This document shows positions 56,230 through 64,000 of a stretch of DNA of 64,000 nt, piece after piece. Origin of the DNA: a virus (taxonomy: Duplodnaviria > Caudoviricetes); IMG/VR virus record IMGVR_UViG_3300015615_000196, positions 256,001 to 320,000 of that record, one strand, 5' to 3'. Each line of letters opens with the position of its first letter. The first letter of the stretch is position 1. The position numbers and the translations under genes are program-made. A model generated the notes under the pieces. The model searched no databases and was not told where the DNA came from. It was given only the letters and a program-made list of their open reading frames with translations.

Positions 56230-56253
56230 CCTTTTTACGAAATCTACGTATAA
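56228..56253 (+). promoter_or_regulatory. ECF-sigma-like promoter
   Basis: AACCTTTTTACGAAATCTACGTATAA. Confidence 0.75.
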
Positions 56254-56259
56254 GGAAGA

Positions 56260-56505
56260 ATGGAAGTGTATCGACCCAAATTCAACACTGTCTTCGCAGA
56301 ACAAATATCGCGTCAGAAATTGACGAATGGCAGCATTCGCAATATTGACCGGGATAATATCGTTGTCTGGTCTGACCATGCAATTGTCACCACCACAAAA
56401 GAGAAGGTGAAGGCAAATCTTGGCGACTGGATAGTGAGACATGCTGACGGTGAGATTTGGGTCTTCACTAATGAAATGTTTCACTTTTTATACAAACACA
56501 TTTAA
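56260..56505 (+). CDS. Hypothetical protein (GDWIV motif)
   Basis: ANLGDWIVR..DGEIW. Confidence 0.6.
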   Translation: MEVYRPKFNTVFAEQISRQKLTNGSIRNIDRDNIVVWSDHAIVTTTKEKVKANLGDWIVRHADGEIWVFTNEMFHFLYKHI

Positions 56506-56508
56506 CTT

Positions 56509-57084
56509 ATGGCAAATCTAATTATCTTCGGTTCAATTTGGTTTTGGATTCTGACAGTTGTCAGTGTTGGCATTATTTGGAATTCACTCGAACGTGCATT
56601 GAATAGCACAGAAGACGATGGTGGTGGTATCTTTGCCACGATCATCCTGATCGCATTCGGAGTCCTCTATTACTTTTTCGGTTCCAAAGAACACGTTGAA
56701 TCGATTTTTCAATTCATCATTCACAATTCCGGTACGATCATTGGTATTATTGGAGGTTATCTTGTGGCCGGAGTTATTTGGTCAATCGTGAAATGGTTCT
56801 TTTTCCTTCACGATGCAAAAGACAAATTCTTAAAGAACGTATCACAATATCCGAACACATACAAGATGTCGGAGATTACCAAGCACATTCCTACAGCTTC
56901 CGATAACAAGTTTCGTATTCTCACTTGGATGTATCTGTGGGTCTTTTCTGCAACGTGGACACTTATTGATCAACCGATCAAACGTACTTTCCGTTTCATC
57001 TACAACAAACTGGAATCTACCTACGATAAGATGGCGGTTAAAATCTTTGGCGACCTGACCAATGAAGATCAGAAACAAGCATAG
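56509..57084 (+). CDS. Membrane protein
   Basis: Multiple TM helices; TAG stop. Confidence 0.65.
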   Translation: MANLIIFGSIWFWILTVVSVGIIWNSLERALNSTEDDGGGIFATIILIAFGVLYYFFGSKEHVESIFQFIIHNSGTIIGIIGGYLVAGVIWSIVKWFFFLHDAKDKFLKNVSQYPNTYKMSEITKHIPTASDNKFRILTWMYLWVFSATWTLIDQPIKRTFRFIYNKLESTYDKMAVKIFGDLTNEDQKQA

Positions 57085-57826
57085 CAACTTCGTTGACCCG
57101 AAGCGTTTGAATCTCGACAACGTTGAGGTTTACAAAGACACTTTGCTCAAGGCAACGCAGTACCCAATCGGTGAGACATTCAAGCACGACTATCGCGAGT
57201 ACAAGACAAACGTACTTGAACAAAGACGTGGTGAAGTCTTCGTAGAGAACATTGATTCAGTTGGTGCATTGATCAAATACAACGAAGCACCTACTTGTCT
57301 CCTGAATATGGCATCTGCCAAAACTCAAGGTGGTGGTGTTGCTTACGGTTCCAAAGCACAGGAAGAAGCACTCTTCCGTTGCTCGAACTTGGGGCTTTCA
57401 ATTTCGTCTGCACACTATCCGTTGGGTGACGAGAAGTTTTTGTACACGGTCGATGCCGTGTTCTTCAAAGATAAAGACTACAACGATCTCCCTGATGGTC
57501 ATGAAGCAGACGTAATCACTTGTGCTGCAATCAAAATTGTGGACGGTGTGAAGGAAGCGAACTACGAAGAACTGACCAACAAGAAGATTTATTCTATTCT
57601 CACATATCCTGCTTTCAGAGCAGAGAATCTTGTGGTAGGTGCGTGGGGTTGTGGAGTGTATAAGAACGATCCGGTATTTATAGCAAACACGTTCAAGAAG
57701 CATTTGATTACTTTGCGACACCTGTACGACAAAGTGATCTTTGCAGTCATCAATGACGAGAACAGTGTGGGCAATAATTACCAGATATTCAAATCCATTC
57801 TGGAAGATGGAACGCTTAAAGATTGA
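57062..57826 (+). CDS. Microbial-type poly(ADP-ribose) glycohydrolase (DUF2263/TIGR02452)
   Basis: LNMASA..GGG..GSKAQEEALFRCS catalytic motif, LVVGAWGCGVYKN. Confidence 0.9.
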   Translation: MKIRNKHSNFVDPKRLNLDNVEVYKDTLLKATQYPIGETFKHDYREYKTNVLEQRRGEVFVENIDSVGALIKYNEAPTCLLNMASAKTQGGGVAYGSKAQEEALFRCSNLGLSISSAHYPLGDEKFLYTVDAVFFKDKDYNDLPDGHEADVITCAAIKIVDGVKEANYEELTNKKIYSILTYPAFRAENLVVGAWGCGVYKNDPVFIANTFKKHLITLRHLYDKVIFAVINDENSVGNNYQIFKSILEDGTLKD

Positions 57827-57995
57827 GGACATACTTCTCCCCGGAGCAAAGATGGAAGTCGAGAAAATTGACTTCGATGACCCAAAGAATGCCCATATAA
57901 AAGCACTGTTTGAGGACACCCGTAAACGACAAGAAGAACTCCTGAAATTGAAGGAAATCGATCCGTCCATATGGGATTTACGCATCACAATCTAA
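57807..57995 (+). CDS. Hypothetical protein
   Basis: ORF. Confidence 0.45.
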   Translation: MERLKIEDILLPGAKMEVEKIDFDDPKNAHIKALFEDTRKRQEELLKLKEIDPSIWDLRITI

Positions 57996-58019
57996 ACCTT
58001 TTGGCTTATTTTCCGTACA
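57995..58019 (+). promoter_or_regulatory. ECF-sigma-like promoter
   Basis: AACCTTTTGGCTTATTTTCCGTACA. Confidence 0.7.
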
Positions 58020-58026
58020 AGACCGT

Positions 58027-58542
58027 ATGGACACGCTCGTAATACATCCATTTGACCCTACAACTGCGTTTTTAAGCACAATTTACGCAGACATGAAGTG
58101 GACTGTCCTTTCGGAGAACGTGTCTAAAAAGGTGCTTAAAGAGCAAATAAAGGCTCACCAGAGAATCATCCTTATGGGACACGGTTCCAACATGGGATTG
58201 TTCGGACACGGTAGGCTTTTCATCGACTCAAAACTTGTTTACCTTTTGAGAGAGAAGGAGTGCATCTGTATCTGGTGTAACGCCAATGAATTTGTATCGA
58301 GATACGAATTGAAAGGCTTCTACACTGGTATGATAATTTCTGATTTCGAAGAAGCATTGCTATACTGCATAAAGTGTACGGCAGACGATATTGATTCTTC
58401 GAATCGTTTGTTTGCTGAGATTGTTCGTGCAGCTATTTTCACGGAGAACTGTGAAGCAATGGCGAGTATGATCAAGAAGTTATACCATAGGGATGATAAC
58501 CCTGTGATTTTATTCAACAAAGAAAACATCTTCAACACATGA
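58027..58542 (+). CDS. Hypothetical protein (possible caspase/gingipain-like fold, GHG...WC)
   Basis: IILMGHGS and CIWCNA motifs. Confidence 0.5.
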   Translation: MDTLVIHPFDPTTAFLSTIYADMKWTVLSENVSKKVLKEQIKAHQRIILMGHGSNMGLFGHGRLFIDSKLVYLLREKECICIWCNANEFVSRYELKGFYTGMIISDFEEALLYCIKCTADDIDSSNRLFAEIVRAAIFTENCEAMASMIKKLYHRDDNPVILFNKENIFNT

Positions 58543-58751
58543 GTGTTTGTAAAATAAAAGAGAGAGAAGGCAGGTGCGATCTACGTACTGTCATCGTAAT
58601 TGAAGGAGGTATGAGTGATGACGTTGTACGTTGGTGTGCATACTGTGGTGCGGTTGTTGTAGATACTGATGTTGACGGGAGAGTCCATCCGGGCAAAGTA
58701 CGCCCGATGGTCTTTCCTGAAATCGCAAAGAAAAAACAAGATGGCGAATAG
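58539..58751 (+). CDS. Hypothetical Cys-containing protein
   Basis: WCAYCG; TAG stop. Confidence 0.5.
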   Translation: MSVCKIKEREGRCDLRTVIVIEGGMSDDVVRWCAYCGAVVVDTDVDGRVHPGKVRPMVFPEIAKKKQDGE

Positions 58752-59007
58752 CGAAAAGAAAGGAGTGTCCTACAAGGACATTAAACCTACTGCTGGACTT
58801 CCGGTAAGCCAAGAGGAATACAATCGGTTTCTCGAAGTCTATCACTCGATTCGTCCTTATCTTGAACGCGAGTTACAAGTCACGAAGGAACAACTCTTGA
58901 AAGAGTTTCCTGATCGTAAGCAAATGGTTGAAGATGTTTGGACTTGCGTTGTTGATATGAAAATGAAATGGCCACATGAAATGGTCGGAACTGTTTTTAA
59001 CGTATGA
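58741..59007 (+). CDS. Hypothetical protein
   Basis: Likely start MANSEKK. Confidence 0.5.
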   Translation: MANSEKKGVSYKDIKPTAGLPVSQEEYNRFLEVYHSIRPYLERELQVTKEQLLKEFPDRKQMVEDVWTCVVDMKMKWPHEMVGTVFNV

Positions 59008-59309
59008 TAGAAATTTTAAAACACCCTATTTTTATCGGAGTCATGTCCTTCTGTGCTGGCTTCTTACTTTGCTATTCGTTTGTCTTGATTGACAAGAGAA
59101 GGGAACAAAGAGATAAACGGTTCAACAAGAAAGGGACAAATCATTACGTAAAGATTCCGGGACACAATAATCCGATCCCAATTTGTGTCAATGAGCAAAT
59201 CAATCGTGGTCATGAATTCGTATTGGATAGAATTGCGTATATTGTGGCAAGTATCCAACATAAGAAGACTGGTGAAGTAATATTTCACCTTAGACATCAA
59301 GTACTATGA
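59004..59309 (+). CDS. Membrane-anchored hypothetical protein
   Basis: N-terminal TM. Confidence 0.5.
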   Translation: MIEILKHPIFIGVMSFCAGFLLCYSFVLIDKRREQRDKRFNKKGTNHYVKIPGHNNPIPICVNEQINRGHEFVLDRIAYIVASIQHKKTGEVIFHLRHQVL

Positions 59310-59485
59310 GAGAAGCGATCAAAACATTTTTCAAACAACTTTTCTGCAAGCACGATTATCGACTGGATAATCCTGACGAAGTGTTTCCTGAGCCACCGAA
59401 GAACGGTTGGATTAGTTTCACTCGTGGACACACTTGTTCCAAATGCAGTAAGAAAACGATTCTCGGAAGCGGGATAATAATGTGA
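59306..59485 (+). CDS. Small Zn-finger-like protein (59 aa, not in ORF track)
   Basis: FCKHDY...CSKC; ATGA coupling. Confidence 0.55.
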   Translation: MREAIKTFFKQLFCKHDYRLDNPDEVFPEPPKNGWISFTRGHTCSKCSKKTILGSGIIM

Positions 59486-59676
59486 TGAAATACGAATTGA
59501 AATACGACCAGCCTACCGAAGTCACTGAGAAGCAGTACAACGAAGCACGTAAACGCTTCGGTGGTATTATTGCCCATCGTAAAGATGAAGAGACTGGCAA
59601 GTACTATATTAAACTCTGGTTGACAAAATACAGAGCACTTGTTCAGGAATGTTTAATTCAAAACGAAGAGAAATGA
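59485..59676 (+). CDS. Hypothetical protein
   Basis: Coupled ORF. Confidence 0.5.
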   Translation: MKYELKYDQPTEVTEKQYNEARKRFGGIIAHRKDEETGKYYIKLWLTKYRALVQECLIQNEEK

Positions 59677-59927
59677 AAAAGTTCATCGTAAGACCGTTGA
59701 GCAATTCACAGGGCTTCAACATGAAGCACATGAGTTCCGAGTATGAAGTCACTGAGTTGAGTTGGAGGAACGTCTTCAACCCCGAACACAAACCTACCTT
59801 TTGGGGTGGGATTGAAGCAGTGAGTAAACACGCTGCTCTTGCAGGGTTTCATTACTTTGCATGGAACGGATGGGTCTATGAAACTGGTGGTGACCGCACC
59901 GATGTAAAAACCGAAACACTTGGATAA
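59673..59927 (+). CDS. Hypothetical protein
   Basis: Coupled ORF. Confidence 0.5.
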   Translation: MKKFIVRPLSNSQGFNMKHMSSEYEVTELSWRNVFNPEHKPTFWGGIEAVSKHAALAGFHYFAWNGWVYETGGDRTDVKTETLG

Positions 59928-59928
59928 T

Positions 59929-60321
59929 ATGGAAGCCGAGAAAAGAATTGCAGAGATCGACAAGGAAACTTCCGATCTACACCAGACCTTGAATAAGATG
60001 GATAATGAAGATCATCCTGACGATTCAGATTTTGATGGCTACGAAAAACGTAGGGAACCCGTGTGGGCGAAGATCGGTGCACTGAGCAGGGAGAAACGAT
60101 TGATCATGACTCCCACATTCAGAGAACTTCCCACTTACGGTGACGTAATGTCTTTGAAGCAATTCATATCCTGTGTGAAGTCAGGTGGATTCATCGACTA
60201 CGATGGACATGGTTGCTATGTGAAAGATGGCAAGGCAACGGACATTAACATCTATCCGAGTGATCATCACTACAAGTCCATCCGTAAAGACTTTGACACA
60301 ATCATTTGGTTCAATCGATGA
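59929..60321 (+). CDS. Hypothetical protein
   Basis: GGFIDYDGHG and WFNR motifs. Confidence 0.6.
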   Translation: MEAEKRIAEIDKETSDLHQTLNKMDNEDHPDDSDFDGYEKRREPVWAKIGALSREKRLIMTPTFRELPTYGDVMSLKQFISCVKSGGFIDYDGHGCYVKDGKATDINIYPSDHHYKSIRKDFDTIIWFNR

Positions 60322-60893
60322 AACGACTGGCATTAATTTCAATCTTCTTTCTTGCATTCACAGGAATAGAGACTAAGACCCTGATCATCGGGGATAGCAT
60401 TAGTGTCTATGCAAATGGTTGGCAGGATGTTCTTTGTAAGGACAAGAAGCTGAATTGTACCAACATTGCCAAAGGTGGAATGAAGACCGACTGGATGGTT
60501 AAAACACTCAAGGCACACTTGAAGACAAACCACAGCTACAGTCAGGTAATCATCTACGGTGGCATCAACGACATATTCTCTTATGTACCTGCTGATTCAG
60601 TTGTGAAGAACGTGGAGAGAATGGTTGCCCTTTGCAAGCAATACAAAATAAAGCCAATTGTGATCATCGGATACGATCCGAATACGATCATTCATAATTC
60701 ATGGGTAACTGATCGTGCACTGGAAACAAAACTACGTAACAACTACGTGGAGTATCAGAGACGTTTGATGAACGTACAAGGTGCTGAGATCATTCCAATG
60801 GTTCCTACTACCGAAGCGGATTCAGGAGACGGTATTCATTTGAGCCGTCAAGGTCATAAGACTTTTGCTGAATACTTCGCCAATTACTTTTAA
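60318..60893 (+). CDS. Secreted SGNH/GDSL hydrolase
   Basis: Signal peptide; IGDSI, GG, GGIND and DGIH blocks. Confidence 0.88.
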   Translation: MKRLALISIFFLAFTGIETKTLIIGDSISVYANGWQDVLCKDKKLNCTNIAKGGMKTDWMVKTLKAHLKTNHSYSQVIIYGGINDIFSYVPADSVVKNVERMVALCKQYKIKPIVIIGYDPNTIIHNSWVTDRALETKLRNNYVEYQRRLMNVQGAEIIPMVPTTEADSGDGIHLSRQGHKTFAEYFANYF

Positions 60894-61342
60894 GAAGTCC
60901 AACGAGAATTTAGCTTGTGCCAAGTTCTTCCTTGTAGTCTTTCGTGAGACTCAATACAGTTTTGGCAAGCAGTAACAATCCAACCTTGTGATTGCTGGAC
61001 GTTTTGATTCGATCCACAAAACTCACAAGTTCTGTATGAAAGAGTTGAAGCGAAGTTGATTAGTTCGTGAACAACATCGTCAGCACCATCACAGTAAACA
61101 CGAAGCCCACCAAATTTTTCTTTGATCTGAGCAATGCAGAATCCTTCCGGCACACCTTTGTGTTTGTGCTTGAAGTAGCTGTCGATGTGATCGAGCAGTT
61201 GTTCGAGAATTTCATACCAGCCATCACCACATTCGAATCCGAACATAGCGAATGCTCTCCTGTCTTCTGATGTGAATAGGTGTTCGTATTTGACACGAAG
61301 GTAATCGTAACCTTCAAGATGTCCTGTGCTTCCTGTTGCCAT
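60890..61342 (-). CDS. Phage hypothetical protein
   Basis: ECGDGW, QIKEKFGGLRVY, CEFCG...C..C. Confidence 0.7.
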   Translation of the reverse strand: MATGSTGHLEGYDYLRVKYEHLFTSEDRRAFAMFGFECGDGWYEILEQLLDHIDSYFKHKHKGVPEGFCIAQIKEKFGGLRVYCDGADDVVHELINFASTLSYRTCEFCGSNQNVQQSQGWIVTACQNCIESHERLQGRTWHKLNSRWTS

Positions 61343-61388
61343 AATAGCAAAGATAGAAAAGTTTCAGAGAAAACAAAACTTAATTAGG

Positions 61389-61790
61389 TTATTGCCATTG
61401 TTGGTTGGGGCCACCACCGTAATCTACCATGACCTGACGACCATCCAGCATCCCGTAGTTCCCCGGCTTGTGATCTCCACAAACCTTAAATAAGTTTTCG
61501 ATGGGCTTCCAGTTTTCGCGATCTACTGGTTCTGTTCGTTTCATGATAAGTAACCAACCGCCCCATGAACACCAGAGGACAGGACACAAATGTTCCTTAG
61601 TGTCTTCTAATGCAGTGTGAGGAATATTTGCAATGACCCAAACCATCTTCTCTTCCATATTGGCGAGAAGACCACGAAGGAAATGATTCCAGATGAAAGG
61701 CTTGGGAATTTTGAATGCGTAATTGCCGACCAGTATAACCAGTCGAGTTACGCCTGTGGTAATAAGCTGAATGTTTCTGGTCTTGCCCAT
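61389..61790 (-). CDS. Minimal protein-kinase-like fold protein
   Basis: G.TRLV..YAFKIP, ANMEE, DHKPGNYG (catalytic loop), VDYG (DFG equivalent). Confidence 0.6.
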   Translation of the reverse strand: MGKTRNIQLITTGVTRLVILVGNYAFKIPKPFIWNHFLRGLLANMEEKMVWVIANIPHTALEDTKEHLCPVLWCSWGGWLLIMKRTEPVDRENWKPIENLFKVCGDHKPGNYGMLDGRQVMVDYGGGPNQQWQ

Positions 61791-62026
61791 GTGAGTGTGG
61801 CATCTTCGTCCATGACATAGGCAACCATCACACCGTCCCAATTGTACAGGTGATGAACTTCATACGTCTTTCCCTTTTCAAATGAGTCGTATCTGGTTGT
61901 TGACCATAGACCAATTCCTGATGTTGATCTTTCGGTTTGAATGCAAAGAAGTTTGTCACCTGCTTTAAGTCCAGCAATGACTTCTGTCTTCTGACCGTGA
62001 TTGTCGTAGATTGTTGCTATTCTCAT
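61748..62026 (-). CDS. Hypothetical protein
   Basis: ORF. Confidence 0.5.
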   Translation of the reverse strand: MRIATIYDNHGQKTEVIAGLKAGDKLLCIQTERSTSGIGLWSTTRYDSFEKGKTYEVHHLYNWDGVMVAYVMDEDATLTWARPETFSLLPQA

Positions 62027-62181
62027 GATTTGCGTTCAGTGGATTTGCCGATGAAGTACCCCAATCCAACACCAAGTCCAACGACATACGGAAAATGTAG
62101 AACGTCTCTTATGAAGGTGAGAATTAGAATGGTTACCACAATGGCAATGATTGCTTGGGTTTGAGTAATTTCGTTTTTCAT
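62023..62181 (-). CDS. Small membrane protein
   Basis: Likely start MKNEITQ; two TM helices. Confidence 0.5.
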   Translation of the reverse strand: MKNEITQTQAIIAIVVTILILTFIRDVLHFPYVVGLGVGLGYFIGKSTERKS

Positions 62182-62191
62182 TATGTTCGGT

Positions 62192-62500
62192 TTAGTATAA
62201 GTCTTCACTGTAAAGCGTGACCAATTCTTTCTTGATTTGTCCAGCAGCAAATGCGATCTTGGCAGCTTCCTCACGATCAACAAAACGATTTGTGTTGGTC
62301 AGGAAGCCTTGCTCGTGTTCGCCAGTTGCGTCTTCGGCAAATGTTACTGTACGCAATTTAGAGAGCGTATAGACCGTATTAATGCAATGGCCGTGTCTAT
62401 GACCACAAACAACCGTACCCTTGTCTATATTGACAGGAAGGAAGCGCATGGTAGGTAAATCTGGATACCAGATTGCAGCACACAAAATACGTTCGTCCAT
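62192..62500 (-). CDS. Phage hypothetical protein
   Basis: ILCAAI, GHRH, QGFLT..RFVDREEA, LYSEDLY. Confidence 0.7.
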   Translation of the reverse strand: MDERILCAAIWYPDLPTMRFLPVNIDKGTVVCGHRHGHCINTVYTLSKLRTVTFAEDATGEHEQGFLTNTNRFVDREEAAKIAFAAGQIKKELVTLYSEDLY

Positions 62501-62523
62501 AGAGACGCAAGATAAGTAATTAC

Positions 62524-62772
62524 TCAGACATTCCCAAGACATTGGGAACAGGTATCAAAACCGTTTTCAGCGTCAACGGTATTGACCCGGCATATGCAGC
62601 AACGATAGATACCGTGCTTCTGGTCGTACATTTGTTGGGTGATGAAGTTGGTCTTAGGTACATCAAAGATGTGAGCAATGCCGTGTGCGAAGTAATGTGT
62701 AACGCGATCATTGTCGGTTTTTAGTTCACCGATGATTTTCCCATCCTTATCCAGTATGTAGTAGGTTGTCAT
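62524..62772 (-). CDS. Hypothetical Zn-finger protein
   Basis: CCIC...CSQC. Confidence 0.5.
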   Translation of the reverse strand: MTTYYILDKDGKIIGELKTDNDRVTHYFAHGIAHIFDVPKTNFITQQMYDQKHGIYRCCICRVNTVDAENGFDTCSQCLGNV

Positions 62773-63392
62773 CTGAATTTTGTTTCGAGAATCTTCTTTA
62801 TCTTCTCAGCATCTTCAAAGCGTTCTTCCTTCAACGCACTTTGCAATTCAGCATTAAGTTGAGTTTCATTCATGCCATCGAATTGATGCTTGACCTTTTC
62901 TTTTTTTATACGTGCTACTTTCCTTTCGGGGAATGCTTCTTCGTATAGCTGTGTCTCTATGCCACCATCAAAATAAAGATCAGCATCGAAATAGAAGCCA
63001 TGAAACATTTTGAAGGGGAATGACACTGCAATTGCAACACACATACCAAAGACATTGGCTACAAGTAAGTGAGCCAATTCGTACATGACGTAGTTGCTAT
63101 TGTACGGGAAGACACGCATGAGCCACATAGTATATCCGAACACAGCAGTGGAAGCGATCCAGTAAGCAACATGAAATCCATTCCTATACCACACGTAGTC
63201 GGCAGTACGATAATGAAAGAGGCACACGTTTACAGGAATGAGAACAAACGAAATTAGAAATGAAGCCAGTGGTATATCGGCAGGAGCGAAGTAATACCAA
63301 GCAACACCGTATGCAATATTGATAGCGATCAAGAATGCTTTCTTGACAATCTCTCGATTCTTCAAATACTTGATCAGCTTATCGTTACTCAT
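62769..63392 (-). CDS. Membrane protein with C-terminal UVR (UvrB/UvrC) motif
   Basis: 4 TM helices; LQSALKEERFEDAEKIKKIL. Confidence 0.6.
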   Translation of the reverse strand: MSNDKLIKYLKNREIVKKAFLIAINIAYGVAWYYFAPADIPLASFLISFVLIPVNVCLFHYRTADYVWYRNGFHVAYWIASTAVFGYTMWLMRVFPYNSNYVMYELAHLLVANVFGMCVAIAVSFPFKMFHGFYFDADLYFDGGIETQLYEEAFPERKVARIKKEKVKHQFDGMNETQLNAELQSALKEERFEDAEKIKKILETKFR

Positions 63393-63663
63393 AAGTGTTT
63401 TGTTTTTTCTCTGTTGCCTTTTGAAGACCTTCCCTGACCTTAATGAACTCGTCTCTCACGCCTTCTTCAATTGGTACAACCGAATTAACCAACAGTGGAG
63501 GCATTGCTTCAAAGAATTCACCACAGGCTTCGTAGAAGCGACCGTACATGTTTTGCTCACCGTGATAGTTCTGTGCATTACGGTGCAGTTCTTTCGCTAC
63601 AGCAATACGGAATTTCCGATTGTGTGCAAAGAGACGAATAAGTAAAAGTGCAATGTATTTCAT
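63385..63663 (-). CDS. Hypothetical protein
   Basis: ORF. Confidence 0.5.
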   Translation of the reverse strand: MKYIALLLIRLFAHNRKFRIAVAKELHRNAQNYHGEQNMYGRFYEACGEFFEAMPPLLVNSVVPIEEGVRDEFIKVREGLQKATEKKQNTYE

Positions 63664-63947
63664 ATTTCTCCGGTCTTAACAAAATTTTGCAGAATGGGAA
63701 TCAGGGCTTTCACTTGTTCTTGATTCAAGTGCATTCGAGAATCAACATCCCAATTACGGGGAAGTTCGGTTACGATGTACTTGCCCATCGATTCATTTTC
63801 GAAGACCGTGAGTTTCGGTTTGTCGATACCGAGCCAAATGGAAGTATCCATGTTACTCGATTTTTGAATTGAGCACTTGTTACCGTAGGTATCAACGAAC
63901 TCACCTTTCACGAAACCCCTTTGGGTCTTTGATGTCTTGATCTTCAT
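63660..63947 (-). CDS. Phage hypothetical protein
   Basis: RGF..GEFVD.YG..CSIQKSS, IWLG, RMHL..EQV. Confidence 0.7.
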   Translation of the reverse strand: MKIKTSKTQRGFVKGEFVDTYGNKCSIQKSSNMDTSIWLGIDKPKLTVFENESMGKYIVTELPRNWDVDSRMHLNQEQVKALIPILQNFVKTGEI

Positions 63948-64000
63948 GCGTTCTCTGCAAGTTTATGTGCTGCTGCCAAGTACTTACGCTTTGCTTCGTA

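Noticed and set aside
57398-57988. 196-aa minus-strand ORF and other antisense ORFs inside long genes
   Set aside because: They are antisense to well-supported genes (here PARG) and have no recognisable motifs.
1-64000. TAG-to-Gln recoding of this window
   Set aside because: Long genes are uninterrupted in code 11. Read-through at the two TAG stops I checked (11169 and 30956) gives only short extensions and no in-frame fusion.
1-64000. CRISPR array, integrase/IS element or diversity-generating retroelement
   Set aside because: No regularly spaced repeats with unique spacers, and no transposase, integrase or reverse transcriptase motifs were seen; the repeats found are in-frame coding repeats.
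1-64000. Eukaryotic giant virus or bacterial chromosome origin (given the EXD2-like gene, Mre11-Rad50 fusion, phhA and rfbB)
   Set aside because: Overlapping ATGA/TAATG operons, intrinsic terminators, sigma-type promoters, peptidoglycan-related genes and many phage-type small ORFs indicate a bacteriophage.

Overview
A 64-kb slice of a large (jumbo-type) dsDNA tailed phage genome. It is densely packed with short overlapping ORFs, uses the standard genetic code, has few Shine-Dalgarno motifs, and carries TAnnTTTG-type sites and Bacteroidota-like genes, which together suggest a Bacteroidota host (inference). The left part holds virion and late genes: a giant Gly/Thr/Ser-rich fibre that starts before the window, a patatin, a 3D-domain protein, an amidase-like protein and a 1695-aa head protein rich in putative xxE protease sites. 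The middle and right parts hold DNA, RNA and nucleotide metabolism and counter-defence genes: an Mre11-Rad50 fusion, dUTPase, thioredoxin, exonucleases, an EXD2-like HNH protein, NADAR, PARG, an RNA ligase, a PIF1-like helicase, two NDT-like enzymes, NT5C, phenylalanine hydroxylase, RmlB and a GAF-HisKA fragment, plus about 80 hypothetical proteins. Two recurrent promoter-like motifs are visible: ECF-sigma-like AAC-N16-CGTA (11 copies) and a late-type (G)TATTTAT. The most unusual element is a ~1-kb non-coding operon on the minus strand (42261-43329). One ECF-type promoter is followed by eight tightly abutting RNA modules: an amber-suppressor tRNA, two tRNA-shaped RNAs whose anticodon loops are replaced by 48-nt and ~100-nt structured inserts, a tRNA with a 6-nt anticodon loop, a kissing-loop three-way junction and three further structured RNAs. 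All RNA folds were derived by eye and all protein family calls come from recalled motifs; no database searches were run.
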